Assembly: GCA_002189035.1 (NCBI GenBank)
Contig: NEEC01000020.1
Span: 1,674,001-1,738,000 of the forward strand
Length of the DNA stretch: 64,000 bases
Source: Utricularia gibba
Lineage: Eukaryota; Plantae; Magnoliophyta
Direction: 5' to 3'
Position 1 is the first letter of the stretch, and every line of letters begins with the position of its first letter. A model generated the notes under the pieces. The model saw only the letters and a list, made by a program, of their open reading frames with translations, was not told the origin of the DNA and made no database searches. The position numbers were made by a program, and so were the translations under genes. Shown here in pieces: positions 1 to 12,399 of this stretch.

Positions 1-75
1 AAAAATAAACTTGAATCATAATTAGAAGTGTCCAAATTGTTTTTAATATTATAAAAACAGTTCAGCAATAATAAT

Positions 76-1900
76 TTAAGAACGGATTTTTAAATGAATA
101 CATAATTTATATGATTTAATTATACAACTGTCCACATCGTATGAATTATATGAGAACAGGGGCTGATATTTAGTAAATATTGATTGAATATAGAATGTAT
201 TATGTTGAATGCTTATTATTATCACTAGAGAATACTCAAAAGAAGATGGAGATGCCGTATTATCACTAAACAATGTCCAAGGGAGCTTCGGTGTTATCAG
301 TATGCAACATTCATAAGGGTCTAAACGTTGTTTATTATCACTAATTGGTAACCAACGAGGTCTGAGTGCTATTTATTAACATTCATTTGAATCATTTGTA
401 ATTAGGATGAGTGATGCAGTTTCAATATAAAAAAGGAAAGCATTGTTGGCACATGATTCGAAAACCAATTTAATAACAGTTAGAGAACTTAGTTTGTATA
501 ATTCTTGAGTTTTAGATCATGTATAATATATCATTTAATAGTATAAGTTAAATATTTTTATTATTCTACGGACTTTGTTCTTTTATTCTACAATTGCACA
601 TTCCTTGGTTTGAACCATTTAGAAAAGATGTCTTCACATCCATTCTGTGAATCACTAAAACATGAATACAGGTAAGTGCTATTAACATACTAATAGATAA
701 GAATTGAACAGTTGGAGGTCGAAATTCTTGATTATTGGAGGAATACCCATTGGGTTTTTGTGTGAAGTACTTCGTAACTAATCTGGGTTTATATTTATGA
801 ATTGTGTTTTTTGGATATAGTTTCTTTCTAAATATCTACTTACATCCACTGAGTTTTGTTATTTGTAGTAGATCTCACACTCAATTTTGTGGAAAGAGGT
901 TATTAAAATTGAAATTTATTATTTACAAAAAAATTGAGTCAGGGGAATAAATTGTTTTCATTAAATATCAAAGACTCTCTAAATATGAGATATAATTAGA
1001 AATCATCACCTACAGCGATTTTAATGCTCTATCTATACTTCTACTTAGGTTTTCATGGAAGATTCCACATTATTAGAGTTTATACTATTATTAGCATAAC
1101 TCTCAATTGTCTCTCATTTATTTTCTTTGAGTGGGAAGATATTTTCAAAAAATTTGTTATTTTTGTTTCCAAATTAGTTTAATGATCAAGAACATCACTT
1201 ATTAATAAGAAACCAATGTGCAATACTTATATCACCATATCCTATGAACAAATAATATGATGTTTTTTACTCAATTTTCTTTTTCTTTAGATTAGGCAAC
1301 ATCAATTTTGCTAGATATCTCATATGAAACATAATGGGTAAGATAAAACCACTCTTCCCTCAATTTCTCTAAACTTGTAGAGGTGAGTTCCTGTATAGTA
1401 TAATCAAACCAAAAGGGGATTCTTTTTGTTACATGCATGAAACGGTTGGTTGAAAAAAGATAAAGAAAACACAAAACCACAAACACGGTAATATGATGTC
1501 TTAAAGCATTTATAACCACTCCGATTGATCAGCAACCCAAGACCAAGTAATTACAATCCTAATATATTACTCTTTCAAGTATTCCAATAGAAACACATTA
1601 ACCAAATGTGATTTTAACTAAACGTGCATTTAAACCCACATAATACTGCAAATCAAACTATACAATAATGGTGTTCTGTTATCCGAAACTGAACTAAAAA
1701 ATAAGGTTGACAAGCAACATTCAAATAAAAATCATATTTCCTTTCTATTTGAAACCTTGTCACAAACATAAATTATGATACTCTCAAAGAAGTATAATCT
1801 GGCATATAAAAGAACAAGATAATTTTGTTTTTTAAACAGTTTTGGAAATGGGATGTCACTTTCTTTTTGGTTTGGCTGGAATGTCAATCACCTAACACGT
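76..1900 (-). mobile_element. Heavily degraded Ty1/copia internal remnant (pre-integrase, RT, RNaseH pieces)
   Basis: Minus strand ~800-611 reads KYKPRLVTKYFTQK...LIALTCIHVLVIHRMDVKTSFLNG, matching the copia RT motifs KYKARLVAKGFTQK and HQMDVKTAFLNG. ORF 76-273 (FSDNTAS...) weakly resembles copia RNaseH. Boundaries are approximate. Confidence 0.6.
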
Positions 1901-2810
1901 TTATAACAATTTTTAAAAAATTCAAAAAAAATTATACAAAGACAAAGTAATTCGCAAAAGACCTCTCTAAAATTAATGATATGGAAAAATAAATCTTATT
2001 AGTCTTATTAGAAGTAAAAAAGAAATCCTAAAATGAGAAATAAGTCTAAAATTAATTGATAAATTATATCTTTAGTTTAAATTTTTATTTGAAAGATTCT
2101 ACATATATTTTATTTATTATTAATGTTTCTTTACTTATAACTTTGTCTTGTAGCAAGAAAAAAAAATAAATCTGTTGTCAAATAGAAATCAAAGCAAGAG
2201 TTTTTTTTTTATTAAAAAAGGAATAACCTAATGCTACCCGTTTTGTCCATAAAAGATATTCTTGAGCACATAAAATGCTATAGGACGTTATTCTAGTTGC
2301 CTACATTGGTGTCGAGAATTTTGATGTCCAGAGTTCAATCCTTTATCACTATATATAGTTTTATAATTTTGTAAAATATAAAATTAATTCGAAAATATTA
2401 CTAAATATTAAAATAATATTTTTTTTAATCAAATTATAATTTCATAATAACATAATTTCTGACATTGATGATGATTTCGTAAATATACAAAAACTATCAA
2501 AGTAATAAATAAAGATCATCTTTATACAAAATTAATTATTTTCAAATTTTTAAAAATTAATAGAAACAAACAGTAATAAAATGAAACAAAACAATACAAG
2601 CAAACACTTTAGATCAAGGATCCACCATGTGAAAACGTCACCATATGTGTGTATGTATGTATAAATTTTGAGTAGTAAAGTGCTTATGCAAGTTCTGAGG
2701 ATGTTATTTTAAAATAATACTACTCGATAACTATTATAGTACCGTTCATCGTGTAGTGATATTATTAAATCAATTACACAACAAGAATCATTTCAACTCT
2801 TGTGATAACT

Positions 2811-4162
2811 TGATGCGTGTCGTTTTCACAAAAAAATTTAATATTTTTAAAACTCGTAAAACACAAAAGCGTAGTACGGATGCCGAATGCAGAGAGTTGT
2901 TTTTCAGTGAATGATGAGGTTACACTGAATACAACTGTCACGATTTGTAAATAGTTTTGGCAATAAAGGTGCGAGAAACATAAATGATGAAGCTTGAGTA
3001 AGGGAATAAATGGGGTTTTGAACAGACAACTAAAATGAACGTAAGCAATGAAAATTAAATAAAGTGAATGTTCCTAGGTTTAGAACTCTGTCCAGCTATG
3101 TTCATTGCGTCTTTACTCTTCTCTGCTCTTCTTGAGTACTCGGTTATAGAAATAAGGAATTGCCTACCCTCCCTTACACTCTCTTGCAAGAAGGCACGGG
3201 AATAGCCCGATGTTGCTCCTCGGACGAATGTGAGAATAAGAGGTCTTGTCAGCGTACCCTCATGGTCGAATTGCGCGTATGTGCCCGAGTGTTGCCAATG
3301 ACCCAATGAGTCTAGATACGAGGTCACTACCTATCCATTGATCCTGAGGTACGACCATAGACAAAACATAGTCTTCCTCTTGCCAAAGGGGCGTGAGTTG
3401 GTGCTTTCCACCTTGCTCCTCTTCGAAACTCACGAGTAGTGATCAGCTAACCATGAATCTTGAACAAGGGAATTGTTACAGAAAGACTGAAACATAGTCA
3501 CCCAAAGACATACGAAAACCGTTCGGATTCAAGGAAGAGATGAAGATAAGCTAACGAAACATAGATCTGGGGGTATACCAACCTAGAAACGGAAGTTTCT
3601 AGCCGTGAACGACCATACAATCTAAAGAAAACGAAAACAAGGTTCTAGAAGAAACTAGAGGAAAATTCTCTGGAGAGAGAAACAAAAGTCTAAACTAAAC
3701 TGAAAGTAAAACTAAACTTTTTTTGAACAGAACTGAGCTGAACTATTTTTTCTGAGATTTCGTATCCCTATGGTTCTGCTGAACTTGGGATGACTTGCAA
3801 GCAACATCTGCTCTGACACTGGTACGTTAATGATGTTGCCTATCAGAGACTCCCATGTTCTCCACGTCAAAGCTCATGATTAGGTGTTTGCAGTCTTTTG
3901 GAAATTAAGGGAATATCAGCTCGGGAAGATTCAATTTTTCGCCATCTGATGCCTTCTTTCTCTCACTTTCTACCACATGTGCGCCTCTAGAAAAACTCAA
4001 TTAAAACTAGGAAAATTATTAGATAAAATAAAAGATTTAGAATAACTACCCTAAACTAGATAAAAACCTTAATCTCATATTACAGACTCCTAATCGGACA
4101 TTCCTAATTACAATTAAGCATAAAAACAACCTAAGAAATAGTGAGAAATCAACACTTTAACA
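2811..4162 (-). repeat. 3' LTR of element A (LTR family A, 1352 bp)
   Basis: Matches the split 5' LTR (5 mismatches in the first 60 bp vs 9816-9875) and the solo LTR at 31677-32997. Adjacent to the PPT. Confidence 0.92.
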
Positions 4163-4179
4163 TATTTCCCCATACTTAA
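4163..4179 (-). promoter_or_regulatory. Polypurine tract of element A
   Basis: Minus strand TTAAGTATGGGGAAATA immediately precedes the LTR start TGTTAAAG. Confidence 0.8.
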
Positions 4180-5059
4180 ATAATGCTTGTCCTCAAGTAT
4201 GAAAACAGATAGACAATTCATAGTTCTGATATTACCTAACTCATGATGCACGACTAAGGTAACCTATTCCTATCTAACTGCATGTACCACCTTCTATTTC
4301 TTTCCAAACTCTTCAAATCAATTTAAAGCATACTACTCAAACAACACAATCGGGGAGGAGACAGTTCGGTATCGTTCTCTAATTTTTCAAAAGTTTTGGG
4401 CTTTTTCAAAAGCATGCTACTCTATCAATTTAAAGCATGCTGCATTGACCTATTCCGCTTTTTCTTCTCTCTCTTTTTTTTTCTTTCTTTTTTTTTTTGA
4501 ATAAGGACCCCTGCTTTGGGGAAGAACTGTCTTGATTATGTAACCTCATTCGTGGTTCATAAGTAAGGTTCACGTCATCCACGGTTCGCCAGACAATTCT
4601 TAGATTTGGCATCCTCTTTTCTCTTTTTTTTTCTTTTTTTTTTGAAGTGAGGTTTCACTGGGCCGCGAATGTACAACAGAAACGTGAGAGCAATCCTAAA
4701 CAAGTCTCAACCCCTATGCATGTCATAAAAGCAATAAATTTAGAGTAAGGAAAAATCTAGAAAGTTTTCCTAGCAGCAAGGTAAGTCTAAGTACCATAAT
4801 CATGAATCAAGCGTAAGGAATACCAAAGCATGGATGTCATCTAACTTAGGAAGCATCATGAAATGGGGCAGACTCATAAGATAAAAACGCAAACATAGAA
4901 AATAAAACAGACGAAAAATTCTCCAAATACTAAAGCAAGTAAATAGTTTGATTGATAGAGAAGAGCTCCTCCTTCACACTTAATTCTGAGGATGTCCTTA
5001 TCATCAAGCATGGTGGAGGGTACCTTAGTGATGGCACGGCAGAGAGGTGATCAGGGTGT

Positions 5060-6530
5060 CTAGTTTGGACGACAGTGTGGTGATCTGGCAGAATAGCATC
5101 CTCCGAGATACCTATTCAAAACTAATAGTGCAGGGGCCCTCAAGTGATGGGCATTGAGTTTGGAACTCAGAAATGGTGTTTCACACACAGACATGGAACC
5201 ATAAACAGGCTTGCAAATAACGAGTAGAAGTAAGTTAATCCTCAGACACAAAACCAAGAGCGACATTAAAATCATTAACAGAAAGTTCAAAATCTTTCCC
5301 ACCCAACCGAAAAGAAATGAGGGGTTCAGCAATAGGATTTCCTTCCATGTCATCAAACGCAAACGTAGCATAAAATTCAAAGACCAATTTTGGAAAAACA
5401 GGAAGATCAATTTATTAAAAACGACGCCATTCAGGTGAAAATTCAAACATGCAGTTAATATCATGTGCCAAATTCAAATGAGCAAACGTAGGAGCATGTA
5501 AACGAAAAGCAAACAAGATGCGACGACTAATTAAAGCATTAAAAAGGGCCTGAGATTTCTTGTTGGGAAACCTAACAGTGTCCCGGAGTTGAGTCCAGGC
5601 AGGAGACTCCAACAAATGATCGCGCCAGAATTTTGTCCCCGCATTGTCCTTTGCCACGCTGCCTGCTTGTTTGGCCAGCATTGATGGCTTGCTCTCCATC
5701 TTGGAACGTAAGTGGTGGTCCTTCATTAGTGGCTCCCTATATTTCTGCAATCCACAGATCGACTTCAGAATTAATATTATCATCCTCACCTTCCCCTTCC
5801 ACATGAGGTGAGTGATTGTGTTTAGCAGCTGGTGGGCTGGATGCCACTTCCACTTCAGTTTCTTCTTCTTCTTCTTCCTCCAGGTCGTCCAGTCGGAAAT
5901 TTCATCGGAGCTATCAGTATGAGCCTTAGTTGCAACAACGCCTTGCTCCGGTGTCTCATCTGCAACAAGGTCAGGTGTGGCTTCCTGCTTCGGGGTTGTA
6001 GTGGGCATTTCCTGGGTTGTCGAAGAATCCTCATCTTTCCATGGGAGGTACAAAACAGGAGGGAGTTTGGCTAAAAGGACTTGGGAAAACAGTGGAGAAA
6101 TTTCCCAGAATGAAGTTTCTGGTGGAGGCACAGACTGGCGTTTGTGAGGTCTGGGTGAGGGTGAAGCAGAACGCTGTCGGTTCCTCCGTGATGGACCTTC
6201 AGTGGTGACCTTGCGTCACCCAACAGTGTGGGGTTTCATAACAGGGGTGCGAAGAGACGACGCAGAGGGGGCTTCCTTCATGGCTATTGCTGTTGAGGGT
6301 CGCAAGGGTGAGGAAGAAGGTAAACTAGAAATTGGCAGAAGTGGGGAAAGTGGGTTAATGGTAGAAGTAGTGGTGTGAATAGGGAAATGGGCAGTTATGG
6401 TGAGAGAAGGGTTCCAAGGAGGATAATCATGGGGGGAAATGAAAGCAAAATATTCAATGTCTCTAGGTAATGATGTGTGGGATAGTGTGTAATCCCAATA
6501 GAATCCTGGGGAACCTTCAATGTCAGACAA
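5060..6530 (-). pseudogene. Env-like / ORF2 protein of Athila element A (frameshifted)
   Basis: ORFs 6216-6530, 5415-6131 and 5060-5464 lie between pol and the 3' UTR. ALFNALISRRILFAFRLHAPTFAHLNL is homologous to element B LLFNLLTSRRILFDFKLHTPSLVHLNL. Confidence 0.75.
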
Positions 6531-6552
6531 AAGTAAAAGAGGAAAGAGAAAA

Positions 6553-7179
6553 TTAAGTCATCGGTTGCCTCCCGTGCAGCGCCAATTTAAAGTCGTTAGC
6601 CGACTTGGTACGCTTCTGATGATCCTTGAATAAGATCAAACATGCATCAAATGGAAAGACATGCATAACTTTATAAGATCCTAGCCATTTCCATCTCAGC
6701 TTTTCTGGAAAAGATTGTAAGTTCGTACCAAATAGGAAAACTGATGGAACAACCATAGAGTTTTGGTCAGGGAACCTGTTACCCTGAAGATGTTTTACCA
6801 AATCCTTGTAGATAAATGGGTTGGACTTGGAAGTGAGTGAGATTTGTTCCAGTTCATGCTTCAAACCAATGAGGTGAGTTGAAATGGCAGGGCTTACTTC
6901 GTTGATGTCAACTAAGATCCATCCAATTGTCAATTCGTGCTCTTGGAACATCGTCTTCAGTTTCTCTTCCTGTTCCATGGTTAGTGAGCACGCAATAAAC
7001 ACAGAAAAACTATCCCAACCATCAATGGATAGATGTTTCAAATGTTTGAGTGAAGTTTTGAACAGTAATGATGGATCTCGAATAGTGGAAGGCACCAGTG
7101 GTTTGCTAGGTGTTTCCATGCAAAGAAAATAACCATTTGAAGCTTTAGGTTCTTTGGGCGGATCATCTAAATGATGCAA
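6553..7179 (-). CDS. Pol deletion-fusion ORF (pre-RT linker joined in frame to post-integrase C-terminus), 208 aa
   Basis: The N-part EQEEKLKTMFQEHELTIGWILVDINEVSPAISTHLI matches element B EHKQAIGWTLADIKGISPSICTHCI. The C-part VFLFGTNLQSFPEKLRWKWLGSYKV matches B [26 protein letters not shown]. There is no RT/RH/rve between them. Confidence 0.75.
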   Translation of the reverse strand: MHHLDDPPKEPKASNGYFLCMETPSKPLVPSTIRDPSLLFKTSLKHLKHLSIDGWDSFSVFIACSLTMEQEEKLKTMFQEHELTIGWILVDINEVSPAISTHLIGLKHELEQISLTSKSNPFIYKDLVKHLQGNRFPDQNSMVVPSVFLFGTNLQSFPEKLRWKWLGSYKVMHVFPFDACLILFKDHQKRTKSANDFKLALHGRQPMT

Positions 7180-7212
7180 AACTTCAAGATTAGCAAGGGA
7201 AAAATTTTCAAA

Positions 7213-7998
7213 CTAAGAAACTTTTGTGTCATGTTCATATTCAGGATCTTGCTCATGCATCATCGCATAGTGATCAGTATCAGTTTCATATGTGGAAATC
7301 GTATATTCACTGATCTGGTCAGGATGCTTCATGGCTTGGGCAAGATTGAAGTCCAGCACCTGTCCATCGAATTGGAGACTGATGATGCCTGCTTGAACAT
7401 CAATCTTTGTACCTGCAGTAGCCAAGAATGGTTGTCCCAAAATAATGGACTCCAAAACCTTAGGATTGTCACTTTCCATGGGGATAACCAAAAAGTCAGT
7501 TGGGAAAACTAAATCATCAACATGAACAAAAACATCTTCAATTCTACCATCTGGTATAACTTTTGATCTATCTGCTAGGTAGCATACAATATTCGTCGGT
7601 TCAAGTTCGCCTAACTTGGATGCAAGAGATAAATAAAGAGATCTAGGCATAACATTAATAGAGACACCAAGATCAGACATAGCTACAGAAATCTTCATCT
7701 TTCTAATGGTTACGGGAATTGAAAACATACCGAGATCCTTACACTTGCGTGGCATTCTCCTTTGAATGATAACTGAAATGTTTTTGGTCAAAGGGATCAC
7801 TTCTTGTTCCACCTTTGCTTTCTTCTTTGAGTCACATAGGTCCTTTAGCAACTTGGGATACTTGGGGACCTGTTCAATTATATCAAGAAGAGGAATAGAA
7901 ACATTAACCTTCTTCATCATCTCCATGAAGGTTTTCAATCCTTTCTTGTCCTTGTTCCTTCTTTGAAGCCTCATCGGGAAGGGTGGTGGTATGACCAA
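7213..7998 (-). CDS. Gag-pol linker and aspartic protease domain of element A, 261 aa fragment
   Basis: IPPPFPMRL, KCKDLGMFSIPVTI and AMSDLGVSINVMP (DLGAS-type protease motif typical of Athila). Confidence 0.85.
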   Translation of the reverse strand: MVIPPPFPMRLQRRNKDKKGLKTFMEMMKKVNVSIPLLDIIEQVPKYPKLLKDLCDSKKKAKVEQEVIPLTKNISVIIQRRMPRKCKDLGMFSIPVTIRKMKISVAMSDLGVSINVMPRSLYLSLASKLGELEPTNIVCYLADRSKVIPDGRIEDVFVHVDDLVFPTDFLVIPMESDNPKVLESIILGQPFLATAGTKIDVQAGIISLQFDGQVLDFNLAQAMKHPDQISEYTISTYETDTDHYAMMHEQDPEYEHDTKVS

Positions 7999-8034
7999 TG
8001 GCTTGGTCTAAGGAACTTCAGTTGCCTCCTTCTC

Positions 8035-9537
8035 CTAAACATCTTTGAGTGGCTTCGAAACATCATTGTTCTGCACTAGTGAGCCATCTAGATCCTCACC
8101 AATGATTTCTTCATCAACATGAGAATCATTGTCTATGACCTCCAGCTCCTTTTCTTCAGACCTATCTACCTTGTTTGTGAACCATGGATAGGGGTCTGGT
8201 AGGTCAGTTCCACTTCTCAGCGAGATGTCATTTATATGCTCTAGATTCAGCACTGGCTGTGATGACAGTCCTCCTTTTGTTTCCAAGCGGTTCATTGCTT
8301 GTGCAAGATGGGTAATCTGGCCTTGAATACTTGTGATTTGGCCCTTCATATCCTTTTGCTTAGCATGCATCTTGGAGGTGCTTTCAGCAAGAGATTTGAC
8401 CATGGCCTCTAAACTACGATTCGGTTGGTATGGAACCATGTGTGGTTCTGGAGATCCAGTTATCTGCAATGGTTGAGATGGTCTAGTGATAGTCTTCTGA
8501 GGAATACCAGGTGGGTTTCCTAATGATGGTGCTTGACCAGGAAGTGTTGGCTGTCTCTAGCGAAATCAAGATGATCTCTTCGAGGCATCTGATAATTTCC
8601 ATAATTGTACGTCCCTCCTTGATTCTGATAAAAATCATTGATTTCTTCTACTGGCATTTAAGGAACTCTTGATCCAAAGTCAATATAGGATGGCATAGAA
8701 CTTGAGGTTCCTTGATATCCTTCCTTTTGTTGAAGCAAGGCTTGAAGATCAAACTTCAACGTGTCGCTCATTGCTGCAAGTTGAGCCAATACTTCTGAGT
8801 TGTCCACTCCATAGACCGCTTTCACTATTCCAATGTTTCCACTGGGTGGTCTATAGGAGTTGTCATAACGATTGGCTGTGGAATAGGAATTAGCAGCCAT
8901 TTGTTCAATAAGTCTTCGGGCATCAGCACTGTTATAGTTCACTAATAATGATCCATTACAAGCGGCATACGTCTGTCCTTGGATCATAGGAGTCAATCCT
9001 TCATAGAAGTGCTGCAAGATCTGACCTTCAGTGAGTCCATGCTGAGGGTAGGAGTTGCAAACTCAGTTGAAACGATCATACTACTCCTGCAAGTTTTCTC
9101 CCTCGCTTTGCATCATGGTAGCAAAGCTCTCCTTCCGGCTGAAGCTCTTCCTAGTGGTGCATAGCGATCCAAGAATTTTTGAACCATCTGCTCCCATTTG
9201 GCGATAGATGAAGGTGGAAGTCCATAGAGCCACTCCAAAGCTCATTCGGTAAGCTTGAAGGGAAGCACTCTAAACTTGACTTGATTCTCCATAGCTCCCT
9301 TGGGGCGCATAGATGCACAAGCCGTGTGCAACTCATGTAGATGATGGTTAGGATCATCATTTTCCCTTCCAGAAAACTTTGAAAGCATTTGGAATAAGCA
9401 AGGACATAGCTCATAGTCTGCTTCTCCATAAAAAATGATGCATAAGGGACGGTCTGAGTGATTTGCAGTGATTTCTTCCTTGATGGTCCGTAATTCTGGT
9501 CTACAGTTAGTGAGAAGTAGTATTGGAAAGTTTCCAT
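8035..9537 (-). pseudogene. Gag of element A (frameshifted fragments)
   Basis: ORFs 9151-9537, 8658-9017 (QHFYEGLTP...AACNGSLL...ARRLIEQMAANSY) and 8035-8469 (LSSQPVLN...ISLRSG) are typical of Athila gag. Confidence 0.8.
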
Positions 9538-9791
9538 GAGGTTATTCTCCCTAGGCCTCAGGCACTACTGATACTCCAACGAGTATATGTGCTGCCATGA
9601 TGTCTCCAGTGATTGAACAGGACGTCTGCTCTCTCTTTTTAGAAAGAAAGGTTCGTTCCACCTCTTGATCGAACGAACCTTTCTTAAAAACAGAGAAAAA
9701 CAAAGCATAAACAGAACACAAGGAAAAGAAAACAAAAGGAAAAAAGGAAATGAAACTCACACACACAACACCAAACACAAAAAATTTCAAC

Positions 9792-9809
9792 TCCTCGGCA
9801 ATGGCACCA
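9792..9809 (-). promoter_or_regulatory. Primer binding site of element A (tRNA-Asp type)
   Basis: Minus strand TGGTGCCATTGCCGAGGA vs the Athila tRNA-Asp PBS TGGCGCCGTTGCCGGGGA; 6 nt from the LTR end. Confidence 0.85.
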
Positions 9810-9815
9810 AAAATT

Positions 9816-10011
9816 TGATGCGTATCGTTTCCACAACAAATTTTAATATTTTTAAAACTCATAAAACACAAAAGCATAGTACACGTGTCGAACGCAGGGA
9901 GTTGTTTTTCAGTGAATGGTGAGGTTACACTGAACACAACTATCATGATTTGTAAACGGTTTTGGCAGTAAAGGTGCGAGAAACGTAAATGATGAAGCTT
10001 GAGTAAGGGAA
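9816..10011 (-). repeat. 5' LTR of element A, segment 1
   Basis: Colinear with the first ~200 bp of the LTR at 2811; stops at GGGAA, the element B insertion site. Confidence 0.9.
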
Positions 10012-11241
10012 TATTGCGTGTCATTTCCTCAACAAATTTTAAATATTTAAAACGTAGGACACTAAAAAGTGTAGTACGAGTATCGATCACAGGGAGTTGT
10101 TTTTCATGAAAAGTGTTTTCTAAGAAACTTCTACAAAATGTTACGGTTTTGTAAAAGAGGGTTTTTAAGATGCAAAAATGGAAGTTACAACCAAAGTGAT
10201 GGGCCTTGACTATGGTACGCAGTTCCTGGGAATAAGATTCCATCTCCTTCCTTTGTCCATCCTTGTCTCGGTTTTCACTGATTTCTTCCGAATAGCTGGT
10301 TATAGGAGCAAAGAATAGCCTACTCTCCCTTACACTTTAATTGACAAGGAGGCACGAGAATAGCCTCATGTGATTCCCCCTTGGACGATTTGGAAGACAA
10401 GAGGATTACCTTCGATTGCCTTCAAAACCGAATTGTGCGCATGTGCCCAGCTGTTGCCAATGACCAGTGACAGGTCCGAGGCAACAACCTGTCCAATGTC
10501 ACGGTACCTAGGCCACAAACAATCTGCTAGTTCCCTTGAATCAGCAGGGTTGGAGTTGGTGCTCTTCACAAAAATCCGCGAGAAGTGGCCTGCTACTCAT
10601 GGACTTTGACTAAGAGTCGTTACAGAAAGACTGCAACAAGATGCGTGGAAGTATGCGGAATCCGAATTGAATTCAGCAAAGAACCGAGTGTATTGCTCAG
10701 GACTTGGAAGTAAAGTTCATCTACTTCCTAGAAACTCAAGGTTTTTAGCCACAAAGGGCCATGAAAACAGAATTGAAATTGGAAGTTAAGTTTTCTTCCT
10801 CCTTGAAAGGGAGGAAGAACCTAAAAGTTTTAAGTCTAGAAAGGAAAATGGCAAAAGTCCTAAACTAAGTGCTCCAAGTGGCTTTTATATGACTCCCCAC
10901 GTGCATTAACTCCTTTGGGTCCCCTTCCCATCATTCCTCTTGTCTTACGTGTGTCACCAGACTTTCTTTGCATGCAAATTTGCGCCCAATCATTGCTGCA
11001 AACTCTGACATGCCATAAGTCAAGGGCCTTGACCAGTGTCAGTCTTCCGCCCACAATCGTTCCAACTCACGTACAAGGCCCAAAATGTGAGAAAAAAGGC
11101 ATAAAATATACACAAAATGGGAAAATAGGAATTTTCTAGTAAAAATCAAATACTTAATAATAAGACTCCTAATTTGGGTGAATTCATACATAATTAACAC
11201 ATAATAATACCTAATAATTAACTAGAAAATGACACTTAACA
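10012..11241 (-). repeat. 3' LTR of element B (LTR family B, 1230 bp)
   Basis: Matches the solo LTR 57736-58896 in reverse complement. Starts TATTGCGTGTC (from TGCTGCGTGTC by two transitions) and ends ACTTAACA. PPT TTAAGTGTGGGGGAATA at 11242-11258. Confidence 0.9.
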
Positions 11242-12399
11242 TATTCCCCCACACTTAAATCATGCTTGTCCTCAAATATGAAAATCATAGCATTCCACGA
11301 AAAAAGGTAGAACCTAAGGTACATTCATCCTACAGCAGGCGTTTACTCCAATTATTTTCCTATCATTCAATCAATTTAACGCAAGCCACTCAAGTTCGCA
11401 TGCATCAGAACAAGACTTAACAAATGACTACTTATACACTACATCATCATGGCAAAAACAGCAAAGAACATATACTATAGTGACTCAAGACCTTTTTTTT
11501 TTCTTTTTTTTTTCAGATAGAGGTCCCCGCTTTGGAGAAGAATGGTTGGATTACAAAACCTTATGTGTGGTGTTAACCACGGTTTCGCCAAACATCCTTA
11601 ACTTTGGCACCCCTTGTATTTTTTTCTCTTCTTTTTTTGTTGTTTTTTTTTTAGTCTCGGTCTGCTCGCTATAGGAGTAGGAAAAATGTATTCACAAACT
11701 GATATTTACAAGGAGTGAGAATATTTTCATAGTCATGGTATGGCCTTTCCTATATCATGCAACAAAAGCTTGATATCTAGAAAGAAAAATAATTGAAGTA
11801 TTTTTCTTGCAGCAAGGAATTCATGAACCTAAGCATGATCAATCCTAAAAATTCTAGCCTTATTCATGGAAGCAAATGTACTTGAGGAGCATATTGGAGA
11901 TTTTTCAAAAATTAAAGAAAAAAAAAACATGAGGCATAAAAATTTTTTTACACAATTTAACACATAAGTCCTAATGCCCAGAAGATAGTAGAAAATAAAA
12001 AGAAACATTAACTCCTCCCCCACACTTAATTTTGTGGATGCCCTCATCATCAAGTGCAGCGGAGGGTACCTTAGTTATGGGGCATGCCGAAGTGTGAAGT
12101 AGTAGCCATCAGAGTGTCCAGCTTCGTTGAAAGCGCAGAAACCTGTTCTTGGAGACTCTGAATAGCTAGCAGCAGGGTATGTTTGGTGGGGCTTGAAGGT
12201 GCAGTGCTGAGAGGAACGTATGTTGGTGCACCGTATGGATTCACAATGGAGGGAGGCATAGAAGTAATGGTACTTTTGGTACCCGCTTGAACAAAGACAG
12301 TCTTTCCCTAAGGGGTCTGTTTTTCCAGATAGCTGCAAGAAAACAGGTCATCTAAATCTAGATAACGGAAATGATTATCTACCTAAGGGGTCTGTTTTT

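Noticed and set aside
9551-10243. 230-aa ORF on the minus strand
   Set aside because: It runs across LTR-B, the insertion junction, LTR-A and the PBS, so it is a chimeric, low-complexity chance frame.
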